Of a DNA stretch of 64,000 bases, positions 19,320 through 28,291 are shown piece after piece. This DNA comes from Alphaproteobacteria bacterium. Lineage in GTDB: Bacteria > Pseudomonadota > Alphaproteobacteria > SP197. Every line of letters begins with the position of its first letter. Position 1 is the first letter of the stretch. The position numbers were made by a program, and so were the translations under genes. The stretch spans positions 1,024,001 through 1,088,000 of the forward strand of contig OZ245842.1 of assembly GCA_965228895.1 (NCBI GenBank), written 5' to 3'. The notes below the pieces were generated by a model, which had not been told where the DNA came from, searched no databases, and was given only the letters and a program-made list of their open reading frames with translations.

Positions 19320-19892
19320 TTAGTCGCCGGCAGCCTTACCGGGTTCGCCGGTGTACCAGTCGGGATATTCGTGCGCGACGACGGGACCATCGCTGGCCCA
19401 GGCGTGACAACCGTCGATAACAAACGGCTTGCGCCCGGCTTCTTCGGACTCTTCTCGTTTCTTGCTGCGTTTGCCGTACATCGTCTGAATGGCAACCGTC
19501 GCCATGCGGCCCAGCATCTCGCGCATATGGGTGCAGCCTTGTGTACCGCCCAAGAGTGCACGAACGCGCCGGTTCCAGCCGGTTCCGATGCGCTCGCCGA
19601 TCAGTTTTTTGTGGGTTGGCGCGATGTGATTACAGATCGCAAATGGTGTGTGGTCCATGGCTGCCTCGACATCGTGGACAACAAACTCTTCATCCAGTGT
19701 CAAACGCAGCCACATGCCGTGAATCGGCTCGCCGGCTTCAATCCGGCCGCGGTCACGGTTGTCGAACCCATAGGTCTTCACGTCCGTCAGGTGGGCCTCG
19801 ATATCCCACAGGCCGTCGTCGCGCTCGTAGCCTTCGCAAACGATGGTGCGGTTGTGCAGCAGGCGACGCGGTGCCGGTTCGGGCAGGGGCAT
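19320..19892 (-). CDS. DUF2889 domain protein
   Basis: RRLLH.R.I..GYER.DGLWDIEAHL.DVK, GCTH and IDGCHAW motifs; start moved to ATG 19892 because the longer ORF runs into a repeat. Confidence 0.8.
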   Translation of the reverse strand: MPLPEPAPRRLLHNRTIVCEGYERDDGLWDIEAHLTDVKTYGFDNRDRGRIEAGEPIHGMWLRLTLDEEFVVHDVEAAMDHTPFAICNHIAPTHKKLIGERIGTGWNRRVRALLGGTQGCTHMREMLGRMATVAIQTMYGKRSKKREESEEAGRKPFVIDGCHAWASDGPVVAHEYPDWYTGEPGKAAGD

Positions 19893-19923
19893 GCCGATCT
19901 CCAAAAAATTGTGCAGTGCACCA

Positions 19924-19986
19924 TAGAGCAGATCCGGCTTGGTGGGAATCGCATTGCGAATCCCACCAAGCCGGTGAATCTGCTCT
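19924..19986. repeat. TAGAGC-type palindromic repeat (family A)
   Basis: TAGAGCAGAT-CCGGCTTGGTGGGA..TCCCACCAAGCCGG-..ATCTGCTCT long hairpin. Confidence 0.8.
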
Positions 19987-19997
19987 CCCATTTGATT

Positions 19998-20060
19998 TAG
20001 AGCGGATTCACGCGATGAGATGGAATCGCGAGCCGGTCCATCTCATCGCGACCCGCTCTA
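19998..20060. repeat. TAGAGC-type palindromic repeat (family A)
   Basis: TAGAGCGG..CGCGATGAGATGGA..TCCATCTCATCGCG..CCGCTCTA long hairpin. Confidence 0.8.
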
Positions 20061-20089
20061 GCGCCTAGCTGGAAGCTGGCGCAAGCCGG

Positions 20090-20983
20090 TCAGGGCGTGC
20101 CGGCGGCCCACCAGGCGAGCGGAATCAAGCCGGGCAGCAGCACCAGCACGACGACGGTCGAGATCACGATGTAGCTTGCGACTTCGCCCGGCGAGCGATC
20201 GAACCGTACGGCCATCAGGTAGTTAAAGACCGCACCCGGCATACAGCAGGCGATCGTCACGACGCCCTGGGCCACGCCGTCGAGGCCAAGCACCCAGCCG
20301 ATGACGACGGATAACCCGAGACCGGCCGCGACACGCAGCAGGGCGAGCACAAGCGGTGTGGCAAGCCGCGTGACATGCATGCGCGACAAGGACACGCCCA
20401 GCATGATCAGCATCAACGGTATCGTCATGCCGGCCAGAAGCTCGGTCGTGTTGAGCAGCCAGACCGGCGGCGCGGTGTCGGTCAAGGTGAAGGCAAGCGC
20501 CAGGGCGATCGCATAGGGGTGCGGCGTTTTCACCATCATCATCGGCGACGGCTGGGCCGAGATCAGCCACATGCCGATCGTGAAAAACAGGATCGACTGT
20601 GTCGCGAACATGATCAGCGCCAGTTCCAGCCCCTCCTGACCAAACGCGAAAAGGCCGAGCGGTAAGCCGAGGTTGCCGAGGTTGCCGAAGACGACGGGCA
20701 GCAGATAGACGCCGCGCGGCAGCTTCAGCAGGCGCAGCATCAACGGGCCGACAAGGATGAAGCCGCCCATGATCATGATCGAGGCAAGCGCCATCCTGCC
20801 CAGTTCCGCCGGTGCGATGCTGAGCGTCGACAAGGTCGAAAAGATCAGGCAAGGCGCGCCGATGTTCAGGACCAGCTGACTCGCCGCGCCGGTATCGACG
20901 GGCTTGCCGCGCTTGCCCCAGACGACGCCGATCAGGATGGCGGCGATGACGGGAACGAGAACCGGGACCAGCGCGGCGATCAT
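20090..20983 (-). CDS. AEC family (auxin efflux carrier) transporter
   Basis: About 10 hydrophobic segments; P.LIF, GNLGNLGLP, IPLMLI.LG, MPGAVFNY. Confidence 0.87.
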   Translation of the reverse strand: MIAALVPVLVPVIAAILIGVVWGKRGKPVDTGAASQLVLNIGAPCLIFSTLSTLSIAPAELGRMALASIMIMGGFILVGPLMLRLLKLPRGVYLLPVVFGNLGNLGLPLGLFAFGQEGLELALIMFATQSILFFTIGMWLISAQPSPMMMVKTPHPYAIALALAFTLTDTAPPVWLLNTTELLAGMTIPLMLIMLGVSLSRMHVTRLATPLVLALLRVAAGLGLSVVIGWVLGLDGVAQGVVTIACCMPGAVFNYLMAVRFDRSPGEVASYIVISTVVVLVLLPGLIPLAWWAAGTP

Positions 20984-21080
20984 GATGCGCGTAGATCGCG
21001 ACGAAGGGGTGCGTCCCGTCTTGCTGTTGACACGAGCAGATTGCCCCTCGCCGCGTCCCTGTCGACATATCGGCTTCTTC

Positions 21081-21241
21081 TCCCTCTCCCCTTGAGGGAG
21101 AGGGTTGGGGTGAGGGGTCGCGCGTCAGCGCGCAGCAGAACTGAAGACGTTGCCAAAGAGACCAACTCCCCCTCACCCAGCTCTGGCTAGGGCGCTATCA
21201 CGCCCAAGCCTACGCAACCCTCTCCCTCAAGGGGAGAGGGA
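21081..21241. repeat. REPIN-like element (family B, CCCTCTCCC/GGGAGAGGG)
   Basis: Perfect 27-bp terminal inverted repeats TCCCTCTCCCCTTGAGGGAGAGGGTTG ... CAACCCTCTCCCTCAAGGGGAGAGGGA. Confidence 0.85.
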
Positions 21242-21282
21242 CGATTTCGGCATCGTCAACATACACAACACCCATGCGCCGG

Positions 21283-22575
21283 TCAGGCGGGCGTGTCGTC
21301 CTCGCCGTTGAGCGTCTCGTCCAAGGGCGTCAGCTTGAGTTCGGTGAGCTGATTACGCTGGCGGCCGGTGACCTCGAAGCGGAAACCGTGAAACACAAAG
21401 ATCTGGCCGACTTCCGGAATCTGCCGGGCTTCGTGAATCACCAGGCCGGCGATGGTGTTGGCCTCCTCGTCGGGTAGGTTCCAGTCGAACTCACGGTTCA
21501 GGTCGCGGATGGTCGCCGTGCCGTCAACCGTGAACGAGCCGTCTTCCGATACGGCGAAGTCCTGGATGTCCTCGTCGTATTCGTCTTCGATCTCGCCGAC
21601 GATTTCCTCAAGAATGTCCTCCATGGTGACGACGCCCATCAAGGTGCCGTACTCATCGACAACCAATGCGAAGTGGGCATGACGCTGACGGAAGTTGGTC
21701 AGCTGCTCGGAGAGCGTCGTGGTGTCCGGCACGAACCATGGCTCGCTGGCGATGTCGACGATGGCGAGTCCCTCGGTCCGGCCTTCCGACCGGCGCAGTT
21801 CACGCAACAGGTTCTTGGCATGCAAAACGCCGATGATGTTGTCGGGTTCATCGCGCCACAGCGGGATACGCGTATAGGGGCTGGCCAGGATCTCGTCGAT
21901 CAGCTCGTCGACCGGGCCGTCGGCGTCGACGGTGACCAATGACCGCCGGTGCGTCATGACCTCGCCGACCTCGACTTGCCCCAGGTCCAGGATGCTGTCG
22001 AGCATGTCGTGCTCGTCCTTGACCAGGCCGCCCTCGTGTTTGTAGAGCGCCAAGGCGCCACGAATCTCCGCTTCCGATGTTGCGTTGCCATCACTGTCGC
22101 GCACGCCGATGAGGCGGAAGATGACGATGACCAGCCACTGAATGGCAGAGGTAACGGGCGCCAATATCCGCACCAAAACGCTCATGACCGGTGCAATGGT
22201 CAGGGCGAACCGTTCGGGCTTGCGGATCGCCAGTGTCTTGGGCATGACTTCGGCAAAAACAACCACCAGGGCGGTCATGACGACGGTCGCGTAAACGATG
22301 CCCGCCTCGCCGAACATTTGACTGAAAGCATAGCCGGCAAGCGTTGACGCAAAGATGTTGACCAGGTTGTTGCCAAGAAGAATGGCGCCAATCAGGTGCT
22401 CGCGATCGCCGATCAGGCGCGACACCAGGCGGGCACGGCGATTGCCTTCGATCTCCAGGTGATGGATGAGCGACCGGTTGGTCGCCGTCAGAGCAGTCTC
22501 GGAGCCAGAAAAGAACGCCGACAGGATGATCATAAAAAAGATCACCACGACGGCTGCTTCCACTATCGGAACCAT
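21283..22575 (-). CDS. HlyC/CorC (CNNM-CBS-CorC) family transporter
   Basis: SAFFSGSETA, ILLGNNLVN, EVMPK, YTRIP, ALVVDEYG..EDILEEIVGEIEDEYD. Confidence 0.93.
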   Translation of the reverse strand: MVPIVEAAVVVIFFMIILSAFFSGSETALTATNRSLIHHLEIEGNRRARLVSRLIGDREHLIGAILLGNNLVNIFASTLAGYAFSQMFGEAGIVYATVVMTALVVVFAEVMPKTLAIRKPERFALTIAPVMSVLVRILAPVTSAIQWLVIVIFRLIGVRDSDGNATSEAEIRGALALYKHEGGLVKDEHDMLDSILDLGQVEVGEVMTHRRSLVTVDADGPVDELIDEILASPYTRIPLWRDEPDNIIGVLHAKNLLRELRRSEGRTEGLAIVDIASEPWFVPDTTTLSEQLTNFRQRHAHFALVVDEYGTLMGVVTMEDILEEIVGEIEDEYDEDIQDFAVSEDGSFTVDGTATIRDLNREFDWNLPDEEANTIAGLVIHEARQIPEVGQIFVFHGFRFEVTGRQRNQLTELKLTPLDETLNGEDDTPA

Positions 22576-22624
22576 GATCGGGTCTCGTTCAGTCGGTTGT
22601 TTGCAAGGGGCAGGACAACAGCGT

Positions 22625-23755
22625 TCAAGGGCTGGCGTCCGGGTTGGCGAGACGGTTCGCCAGGTATCCGTTGATGTCGATCAGATCGACATCGCGGGTC
22701 AGGAAGGCCTGACCGATGCCGTGGACAAGAACAAACGTCAGTTGTCCGTCCTTGACCTTCTTGTCCTGCATCATGTGCGCGGTGATGCGTTCGGCATCCC
22801 ACGTGACGCCTTTGATCTCACTGGGATGGACGGGCAGGCCGACGCTGCTCAGGTGTTGACGCACGCGGTTTGCGTCGTGATCGCTGCACAATCCCATCTG
22901 GGCTGAGAACCCGTAGGCCATGACCATACCGAGAGCGACGGCTTCACCGTGCAGCAACGCGTCGGAAAAGGCAGCTTCGGTTTCTAACGCGTGGCCAAAC
23001 GTGTGGCCCAGATTCAACAGCGCGCGTGCGCCGGATTCCGTCTCGTCGCGAGCGACGATCTCGGCCTTGGCGCGGCAGCTTGTCTTGACCGCGTGGTGTT
23101 GGGCCTGGATGTCACCGTCGATCACCGCCTGGCCGTTGGTTTCGAGCCAGGCAAAAAAGTCGGCGTCGCCCAGCAGGCCGTACTTGACCACCTCCGCATA
23201 ACCCGCGCGCAATTCGCGCGGCGGCAGCGTCTTCAGCAAACCCAGATCGGCGATCACCAGGCGCGGCTGATGGAACGCGCCGACCAGGTTCTTGCCCTGG
23301 CGTGTATCGATGCCGGTCTTGCCGCCGACCGAACTGTCGACCTGGGCCAGAAGCGTGGTCGGGATCTGCACGAAATCGACACCGCGACGCAGAATGGCAC
23401 TGGCGAAGCCCGTGAGGTCGCCGATCACGCCGCCGCCAAGCGCCAGCACGATATCGCTGCGCTCAACGCCTTCGTCCAGCATGGCGTTCAGCAGCCTCTC
23501 CAGATGCGTGAAGTCCTTGGTCTTCTCACCAGGCGGCAGGGTGAACGAGCGATGCCTTATCCCCGCGTCATCAAGGGCCTTGTGCAGCGTCGGCAGGTGG
23601 TGCTCGGCGATATTGCGGTCGGTGACGATGAACACGGCGTCACGCTGCAGCACGGGCGCCAGCAATTCGGGCGTCTGCGCCAGCAGGTCTTCACCGATCA
23701 CGATCTTATAGCTGCGCTTGCCCAGCGCGACGTCAACGTGGTCGAACGTACTCAT
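22625..23755 (-). CDS. aroB: 3-dehydroquinate synthase
   Basis: ALGGGVIGDLTGF, PTTLLAQVDSSVGGKT, LNLGHTFGHA, HGEAV. Confidence 0.97.
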   Translation of the reverse strand: MSTFDHVDVALGKRSYKIVIGEDLLAQTPELLAPVLQRDAVFIVTDRNIAEHHLPTLHKALDDAGIRHRSFTLPPGEKTKDFTHLERLLNAMLDEGVERSDIVLALGGGVIGDLTGFASAILRRGVDFVQIPTTLLAQVDSSVGGKTGIDTRQGKNLVGAFHQPRLVIADLGLLKTLPPRELRAGYAEVVKYGLLGDADFFAWLETNGQAVIDGDIQAQHHAVKTSCRAKAEIVARDETESGARALLNLGHTFGHALETEAAFSDALLHGEAVALGMVMAYGFSAQMGLCSDHDANRVRQHLSSVGLPVHPSEIKGVTWDAERITAHMMQDKKVKDGQLTFVLVHGIGQAFLTRDVDLIDINGYLANRLANPDASP

Positions 23756-24297
23756 GCCTGTTCCTTCATCGCCTCCAGGGCGGTAACGATCCGTTCGACC
23801 ACGGCCTCGTGCGGTCCGTCGTCGCTGTCGATGACAACATCGGCGAGGGCATAGATCGGATAACGTTCGTCCATCAGCCGCTGCATGATCTCACGTGGAT
23901 CACCGGTCTTCAGCAGCGGCCGGTTGTCGCGCCGCGTAACCCGGCTGACCAGGAGGTCCAGGTCGGCGCGCAGCCAGACCGATATCGATCGCTTGGCGAT
24001 ACGTTTGCGTGTCTTCTCGTTCATGAAGGCGCCACCGCCGGTCGCCAGCACCTTGGGCTCGCCCTGCAGGAGCCGCGCGATCACCCGACTTTCACCGTCG
24101 CGGAACGCAGCTTCGCCGTGGCGCTCGAAGAACTCCGGGATCGTACACCCGGCCGCGGACTCGATTTCGTGATCGGCATCCAGGAACGGCAGGTTCAAAC
24201 GCGTCGCCAAGCGGCGCCCGACCGTCGACTTGCCGGCACCCATCAGTCCGACCAGCGTGATGGTCTTGGGGAAGGATTGTGAACGTGATTTGGTCAA
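23752..24297 (-). CDS. aroK: Shikimate kinase
   Basis: GLMGAGKSTVG, GEAAFR, LATGGG, RPLL; 4-nt overlap with aroB. Confidence 0.96.
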   Translation of the reverse strand: MTKSRSQSFPKTITLVGLMGAGKSTVGRRLATRLNLPFLDADHEIESAAGCTIPEFFERHGEAAFRDGESRVIARLLQGEPKVLATGGGAFMNEKTRKRIAKRSISVWLRADLDLLVSRVTRRDNRPLLKTGDPREIMQRLMDERYPIYALADVVIDSDDGPHEAVVERIVTALEAMKEQA

Positions 24298-24418
24298 AAC
24301 GGCCCGGATGGCTTAGGAGATCAGGGCGCCGCAATGTCGTGGATTGCCGTACAAGCGCCATGATGCGACGATAGCACAAAGTTTTCTTAACCGCCCATTT
24401 CAGCTACATTATGAGGCC

Positions 24419-24559
24419 ATGGGGTTCTTCACAAAACTCTTCCTTTTGCTCGTGGTGATCATCGTCGTCGGGGGTGGCACCTTTCTCATGACCTGGGATA
24501 TCCCGCCGCCAACCACCACGGTTGAGAAAACCATTCCGGATGACCGCTTTACCAATTAG
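24419..24559 (+). CDS. Small single-TM hypothetical protein
   Basis: MGFFTKLFLLLVVIIVVGGGTFLMTWDIPPP..VEK.IP.DRF; lies between aroK and the xerD operon. Confidence 0.6.
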   Translation: MGFFTKLFLLLVVIIVVGGGTFLMTWDIPPPTTTVEKTIPDDRFTN

Positions 24560-26309
24560 CCGGCTGGCCCTGGCCGTTTTCCTGTGTTTGTTGTGGTCGA
24601 CCGGTGCGTCATTGGCGCAGTCGGAGACCAACGAACCGCTGTTCATTATCCCCGGTTTCGACCAGGACAGCGACGGTCAGGCCGGAACCGGTGACTTGGT
24701 GGCGCCGGACGTGGAAGTCGAGGCGTTGACCGCACCCAGTGGCGGCGGCGCCGGTCTGCTGGATTCCGCCACCGGCGGTCTACCCAGCGACATGTGGCGC
24801 GACGCGGACCCCGCGATCGCACAGGCGCTGATGCCGAACATCCCGACCGCGACCGATTCCGCGGCCATGAACCGGCTTGCCGGACGGCTGCTGCTGTCGG
24901 CCGCCGAGCCGCCTCGCGCCATCGATCCCGCCGAATTCCTGGGTTACAGGGTCGATCGTCTGGTTGCGCTGGGCCGTGGCGAGGATGCCGAGGCCCTGTT
25001 GAGCAGTGCCGGCAACCTGACGCGCGAGCCGGCGGTTATGGGGCCACGCATCAACCGGATGCTGTTGGACGGCGATGTCGCCAGCGCCTGTCCGCTGGTG
25101 CGTGAGATCCTGCGGACCGATGACGCGGTCTACTGGCAGGAAGCGATGATTTTCTGTCAGCGGATCGACGGTCAGGATGCCCAAGCCGATCTGGGTTTAA
25201 GCCTATTGCGCGACCAAGGTGCCGATATCAGCCCGTTGTTCTTGCGCCTCGACCGTGCGGTTCGCGGCGAACCGGGCGCAACGCTGGACTCGCTCGCCGA
25301 TATCGATCCGCTTCTGCTCGCCATGGCGCTGAAGGCCGACGTTGCGATCCTGCCGGCCGCCGTGACCGACGGCGAACCGGCCGTCCTGGCGGCGTTGGCC
25401 CAGGACAAGGATCTGACCCTCGATACGCGCCTGCCTGCCGGCGAAATCGCCGTGGCGCAGGCGGTGCTCGATCCCGCCGAACTGGGGACGCTTTATGATG
25501 AGGTCACGTTTACCGATGCCGAACGCGCCAACGCCCTGAGCTCGGCTCAGAAGATTGGCGGCCCCAAGGGACGCGCGCTGCTTTACCAGGCGGGCCAGAC
25601 CCAGCCGACCGAAACAGCGCGGGCGGAAGTTTATCGGGCCCTGCTGGCCAACGCCGTGGATGACGGCGGTATCGTGAGCTACGCGGCGATCGCGCGCGTG
25701 ATTGCGCCCGATCTATCGACGCTGCGCCTGACGCCGGAGCTGTCATGGTTCGCCGGCGACGCGGTCGCGGCGCTGCTGGTGGCCGGCGACCCCGAAGCGG
25801 CCGCGCGCTGGTGGCCGTTGCTTGAGGATCGCGCACGGTCCGACGGGACGGCCCTGGCCGAGACCCGTACGCTATGGCCGTTGATGCGTATGGCGTTTGG
25901 CGAACAACTGCCCGATGACGGCGAGCGCATGAAGGTTTGGTGGGACCAGATCGCGACCGATGGCGACGTTGATGGCAACCAGCGCATGCGCGGTGAGGTT
26001 TATGCGTCCCTGCTGACCGGCTTGGATGACGCGGCTGTCGATCCTCTGTTGCCCGAGCTTATGGTCGGGGCCCAGGAAAGTCGGGAAGCCGTTCAGAAGA
26101 CTGTCCTGATCGACGCCATGATCCGCTCGGCCAGCACACAACAGATCGGCCAGACCGTGCTTGTCGCATTGGTTGTGCTGGGCAATGGCGGTCCCGCAGG
26201 CGCCGATCCGGTGACGCTGGGCGCGGTCGTGTCGGCACTGCGGGAAGTCGGGCTGGGCCAGGATGCCCGGCTGATCGCCCTGGAGGCGGCTTTCGCCAAC
26301 GGCGCCTGA
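24540..26309 (+). CDS. Secreted helical hypothetical protein upstream of xerD
   Basis: Signal peptide (SLA-Q), GGLPSDMW, LREVGL..DAR.IALEA; 3 nt from the xerD start. Confidence 0.75.
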   Translation: MTALPISRLALAVFLCLLWSTGASLAQSETNEPLFIIPGFDQDSDGQAGTGDLVAPDVEVEALTAPSGGGAGLLDSATGGLPSDMWRDADPAIAQALMPNIPTATDSAAMNRLAGRLLLSAAEPPRAIDPAEFLGYRVDRLVALGRGEDAEALLSSAGNLTREPAVMGPRINRMLLDGDVASACPLVREILRTDDAVYWQEAMIFCQRIDGQDAQADLGLSLLRDQGADISPLFLRLDRAVRGEPGATLDSLADIDPLLLAMALKADVAILPAAVTDGEPAVLAALAQDKDLTLDTRLPAGEIAVAQAVLDPAELGTLYDEVTFTDAERANALSSAQKIGGPKGRALLYQAGQTQPTETARAEVYRALLANAVDDGGIVSYAAIARVIAPDLSTLRLTPELSWFAGDAVAALLVAGDPEAAARWWPLLEDRARSDGTALAETRTLWPLMRMAFGEQLPDDGERMKVWWDQIATDGDVDGNQRMRGEVYASLLTGLDDAAVDPLLPELMVGAQESREAVQKTVLIDAMIRSASTQQIGQTVLVALVVLGNGGPAGADPVTLGAVVSALREVGLGQDARLIALEAAFANGA

Positions 26310-26312
26310 ACC

Positions 26313-27218
26313 ATGACAGCCAACGAACCCGTCGACCGGACCCGGGGCATCGAGACCTTCCTGGAAATGATGCTGGCCGAACGTGGCGCGGCCGCCAACA
26401 CGGTCGCCGCCTATGAGCGAGACCTTTTGGACGCCGCTGAGTTCCTGGCGCGCCGCAAGGTCACGCTGGCCGATGCCGGGACCGAGAATCTGCGTGCCTA
26501 TCTGGCGGCGATCAACCGGCGCGGCAGCAGCGCCAGCACCGCGGCACGGCGTCTGTCGTGCCTTCGCCAGTTCTTTCGTTTCCTCTACGCCGAGGGCGAA
26601 CGCACGGACGATCCCAGCGCCGCCATCGAAGCACCGCGCCGGGGCGCCTCCATCCCGAAGGTGTTGAGCGAGCAGGACGTTGACGCCTTGCTGGCTGCCG
26701 CGCGGTCGGGTGAGGGCGCCGATGGACTGCGCCGTCAAGCCGTCATCGAGTTGCTCTATGCGACCGGCTTGCGCGTATCCGAACTGATCGCTCTGCCGGC
26801 TTCGGCGGCAGCGGACGACCGGCCCTACTTGGTGGTCCGCGGCAAAGGCAACAAGGAGCGCCTGGTCCCGCTTGGCGGGCCGGCCCAGGATGCCGTGGCC
26901 GCATGGCGCACCGTTTGCGACAGCGGTTCGCCCTGGCTCTTCCCGTCACGTGCCGCCGGTGGTCATATGACGCGCCAGACCGTCGGCAACATGCTGAAGG
27001 ATCTGGCGCGCGAGGCCGGTATCGATCCGGCCCGGGTCTCGCCCCACGTCATGCGCCACGCCTTTGCCAGCCACCTTCTGGCCCATGGCGCCGATCTCAG
27101 ATCGGTCCAGAAACTCCTGGGTCATGCCGACATATCGACAACCCAGATTTACACCCATGTGCTAGAAGAACGTCTGAAACAAGCCGTCGCCGAGCACCAC
27201 CCGCTAGCACGGGCTTGA
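26313..27218 (+). CDS. xerD: Tyrosine recombinase XerD
   Basis: LYATGLRVSEL, GKGNKERLVP, SPHVMRHAFASHLL, LLGHADISTTQIYTHV. Confidence 0.95.
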   Translation: MTANEPVDRTRGIETFLEMMLAERGAAANTVAAYERDLLDAAEFLARRKVTLADAGTENLRAYLAAINRRGSSASTAARRLSCLRQFFRFLYAEGERTDDPSAAIEAPRRGASIPKVLSEQDVDALLAAARSGEGADGLRRQAVIELLYATGLRVSELIALPASAAADDRPYLVVRGKGNKERLVPLGGPAQDAVAAWRTVCDSGSPWLFPSRAAGGHMTRQTVGNMLKDLAREAGIDPARVSPHVMRHAFASHLLAHGADLRSVQKLLGHADISTTQIYTHVLEERLKQAVAEHHPLARA

Positions 27219-27282
27219 CAGCCAGGGGTTCCAAAAGGCATTGGAGCGCCCAAATCAGGGGTTAGCCCACCGGGAGGAATTG

Positions 27283-28263
27283 ATGAGCTTTACCATCGTC
27301 GAGCAGGCGCCGGCGCGTCTCAACCGCAGCGAACTGGCCGTGCCGGGCAGCCGTCCTGAACTGTTTGAGAAGGCGGCCACGGGCGGCGCTGACGTGATTT
27401 TCCTGGATCTGGAAGATGCTGTCGCGCCGGACGACAAGCCGCAGGCGCGCAAGAACGTCATTGAGGCCATCAACGACATCGATTGGGGCTCGAAGACACT
27501 GTCGGTGCGCATCAACGGGCTTGATACCCATTACATGTACCGTGATGTCATCGACGTTATCGAACAGACCGGCGACCGGCTGGATCTCTTCATGATCCCC
27601 AAGGTCGGCACCGCAGCCGACGTCTATGCGGTCGACATGCTGGTAACCCAGTGCGAGGACGCCAAAGGCCGCACCAAGCGCATTGGCTTCGAGATGATTA
27701 TCGAGACGGCGTTGGGCATGGCCAATGTCGACGAGATCGCCGGCGCCAGCAAACGCAATGAAAGCCTGCATTTCGGCGTTGCCGATTATGCTGCGTCGAC
27801 CAAGGCGCGCACCACGGTGATCGGCGGGCCCAATCCGCTTTATGGCGTTTTGACCGACATCGACGGCGACAAGCCGCGCGACTATCACTGGGGCGACATG
27901 TGGCACTACGCGGTCGCACGCATGGTGGTCGCCGCCCGCGCGAACGGATTGCGCCCGATCGACGGACCGTTCGGCGATTTCAAGGATCCCGACGGGTTCC
28001 GCGCCCAGGCCAACCGTGCCTCCGTGCTGGGCTGCGAAGGCAAGTGGGCAATCCACCCGTCACAGGTCGACATCGCCAACGAGGTCAACAGCCCGTCCGA
28101 GGCCGAGGTCGACAAGGCCAAGCGCATCTTGGAAGCCATGGAAAAGGCCCAGAAAGAGGGCCAGGGCGCGGTTTCGCTGGACGGCAGGCTGATCGACATC
28201 GCGTCGATCAAGCAGGCCGAAGTGATGGTGCGCAAGGCCGAACAAATCGCCGGCGCGGCCTGA
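27283..28263 (+). CDS. mcl: L-malyl-CoA / beta-methylmalyl-CoA lyase
   Basis: RSELAVPGS, DLEDAVAP, RINGLDTHYMYRDV, FGVADYAAS, RPIDGPFGDF.DPDG, EGKWAIHPSQ; as I recall it, very like Methylobacterium Mcl. Confidence 0.85.
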   Translation: MSFTIVEQAPARLNRSELAVPGSRPELFEKAATGGADVIFLDLEDAVAPDDKPQARKNVIEAINDIDWGSKTLSVRINGLDTHYMYRDVIDVIEQTGDRLDLFMIPKVGTAADVYAVDMLVTQCEDAKGRTKRIGFEMIIETALGMANVDEIAGASKRNESLHFGVADYAASTKARTTVIGGPNPLYGVLTDIDGDKPRDYHWGDMWHYAVARMVVAARANGLRPIDGPFGDFKDPDGFRAQANRASVLGCEGKWAIHPSQVDIANEVNSPSEAEVDKAKRILEAMEKAQKEGQGAVSLDGRLIDIASIKQAEVMVRKAEQIAGAA

Positions 28264-28291
28264 TCGGGGAAACGGCCGAGGCGCCAGATCC

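Noticed and set aside
19924-20060. Tandem palindromes as a mini-CRISPR
   Set aside because: Only two non-identical units, no spacer pattern and no cas genes.
26313-27218. Tyrosine recombinase as a possible prophage or island integrase
   Set aside because: Size, motifs and the aroK/accA context identify housekeeping XerD; no att sites or cargo seen.
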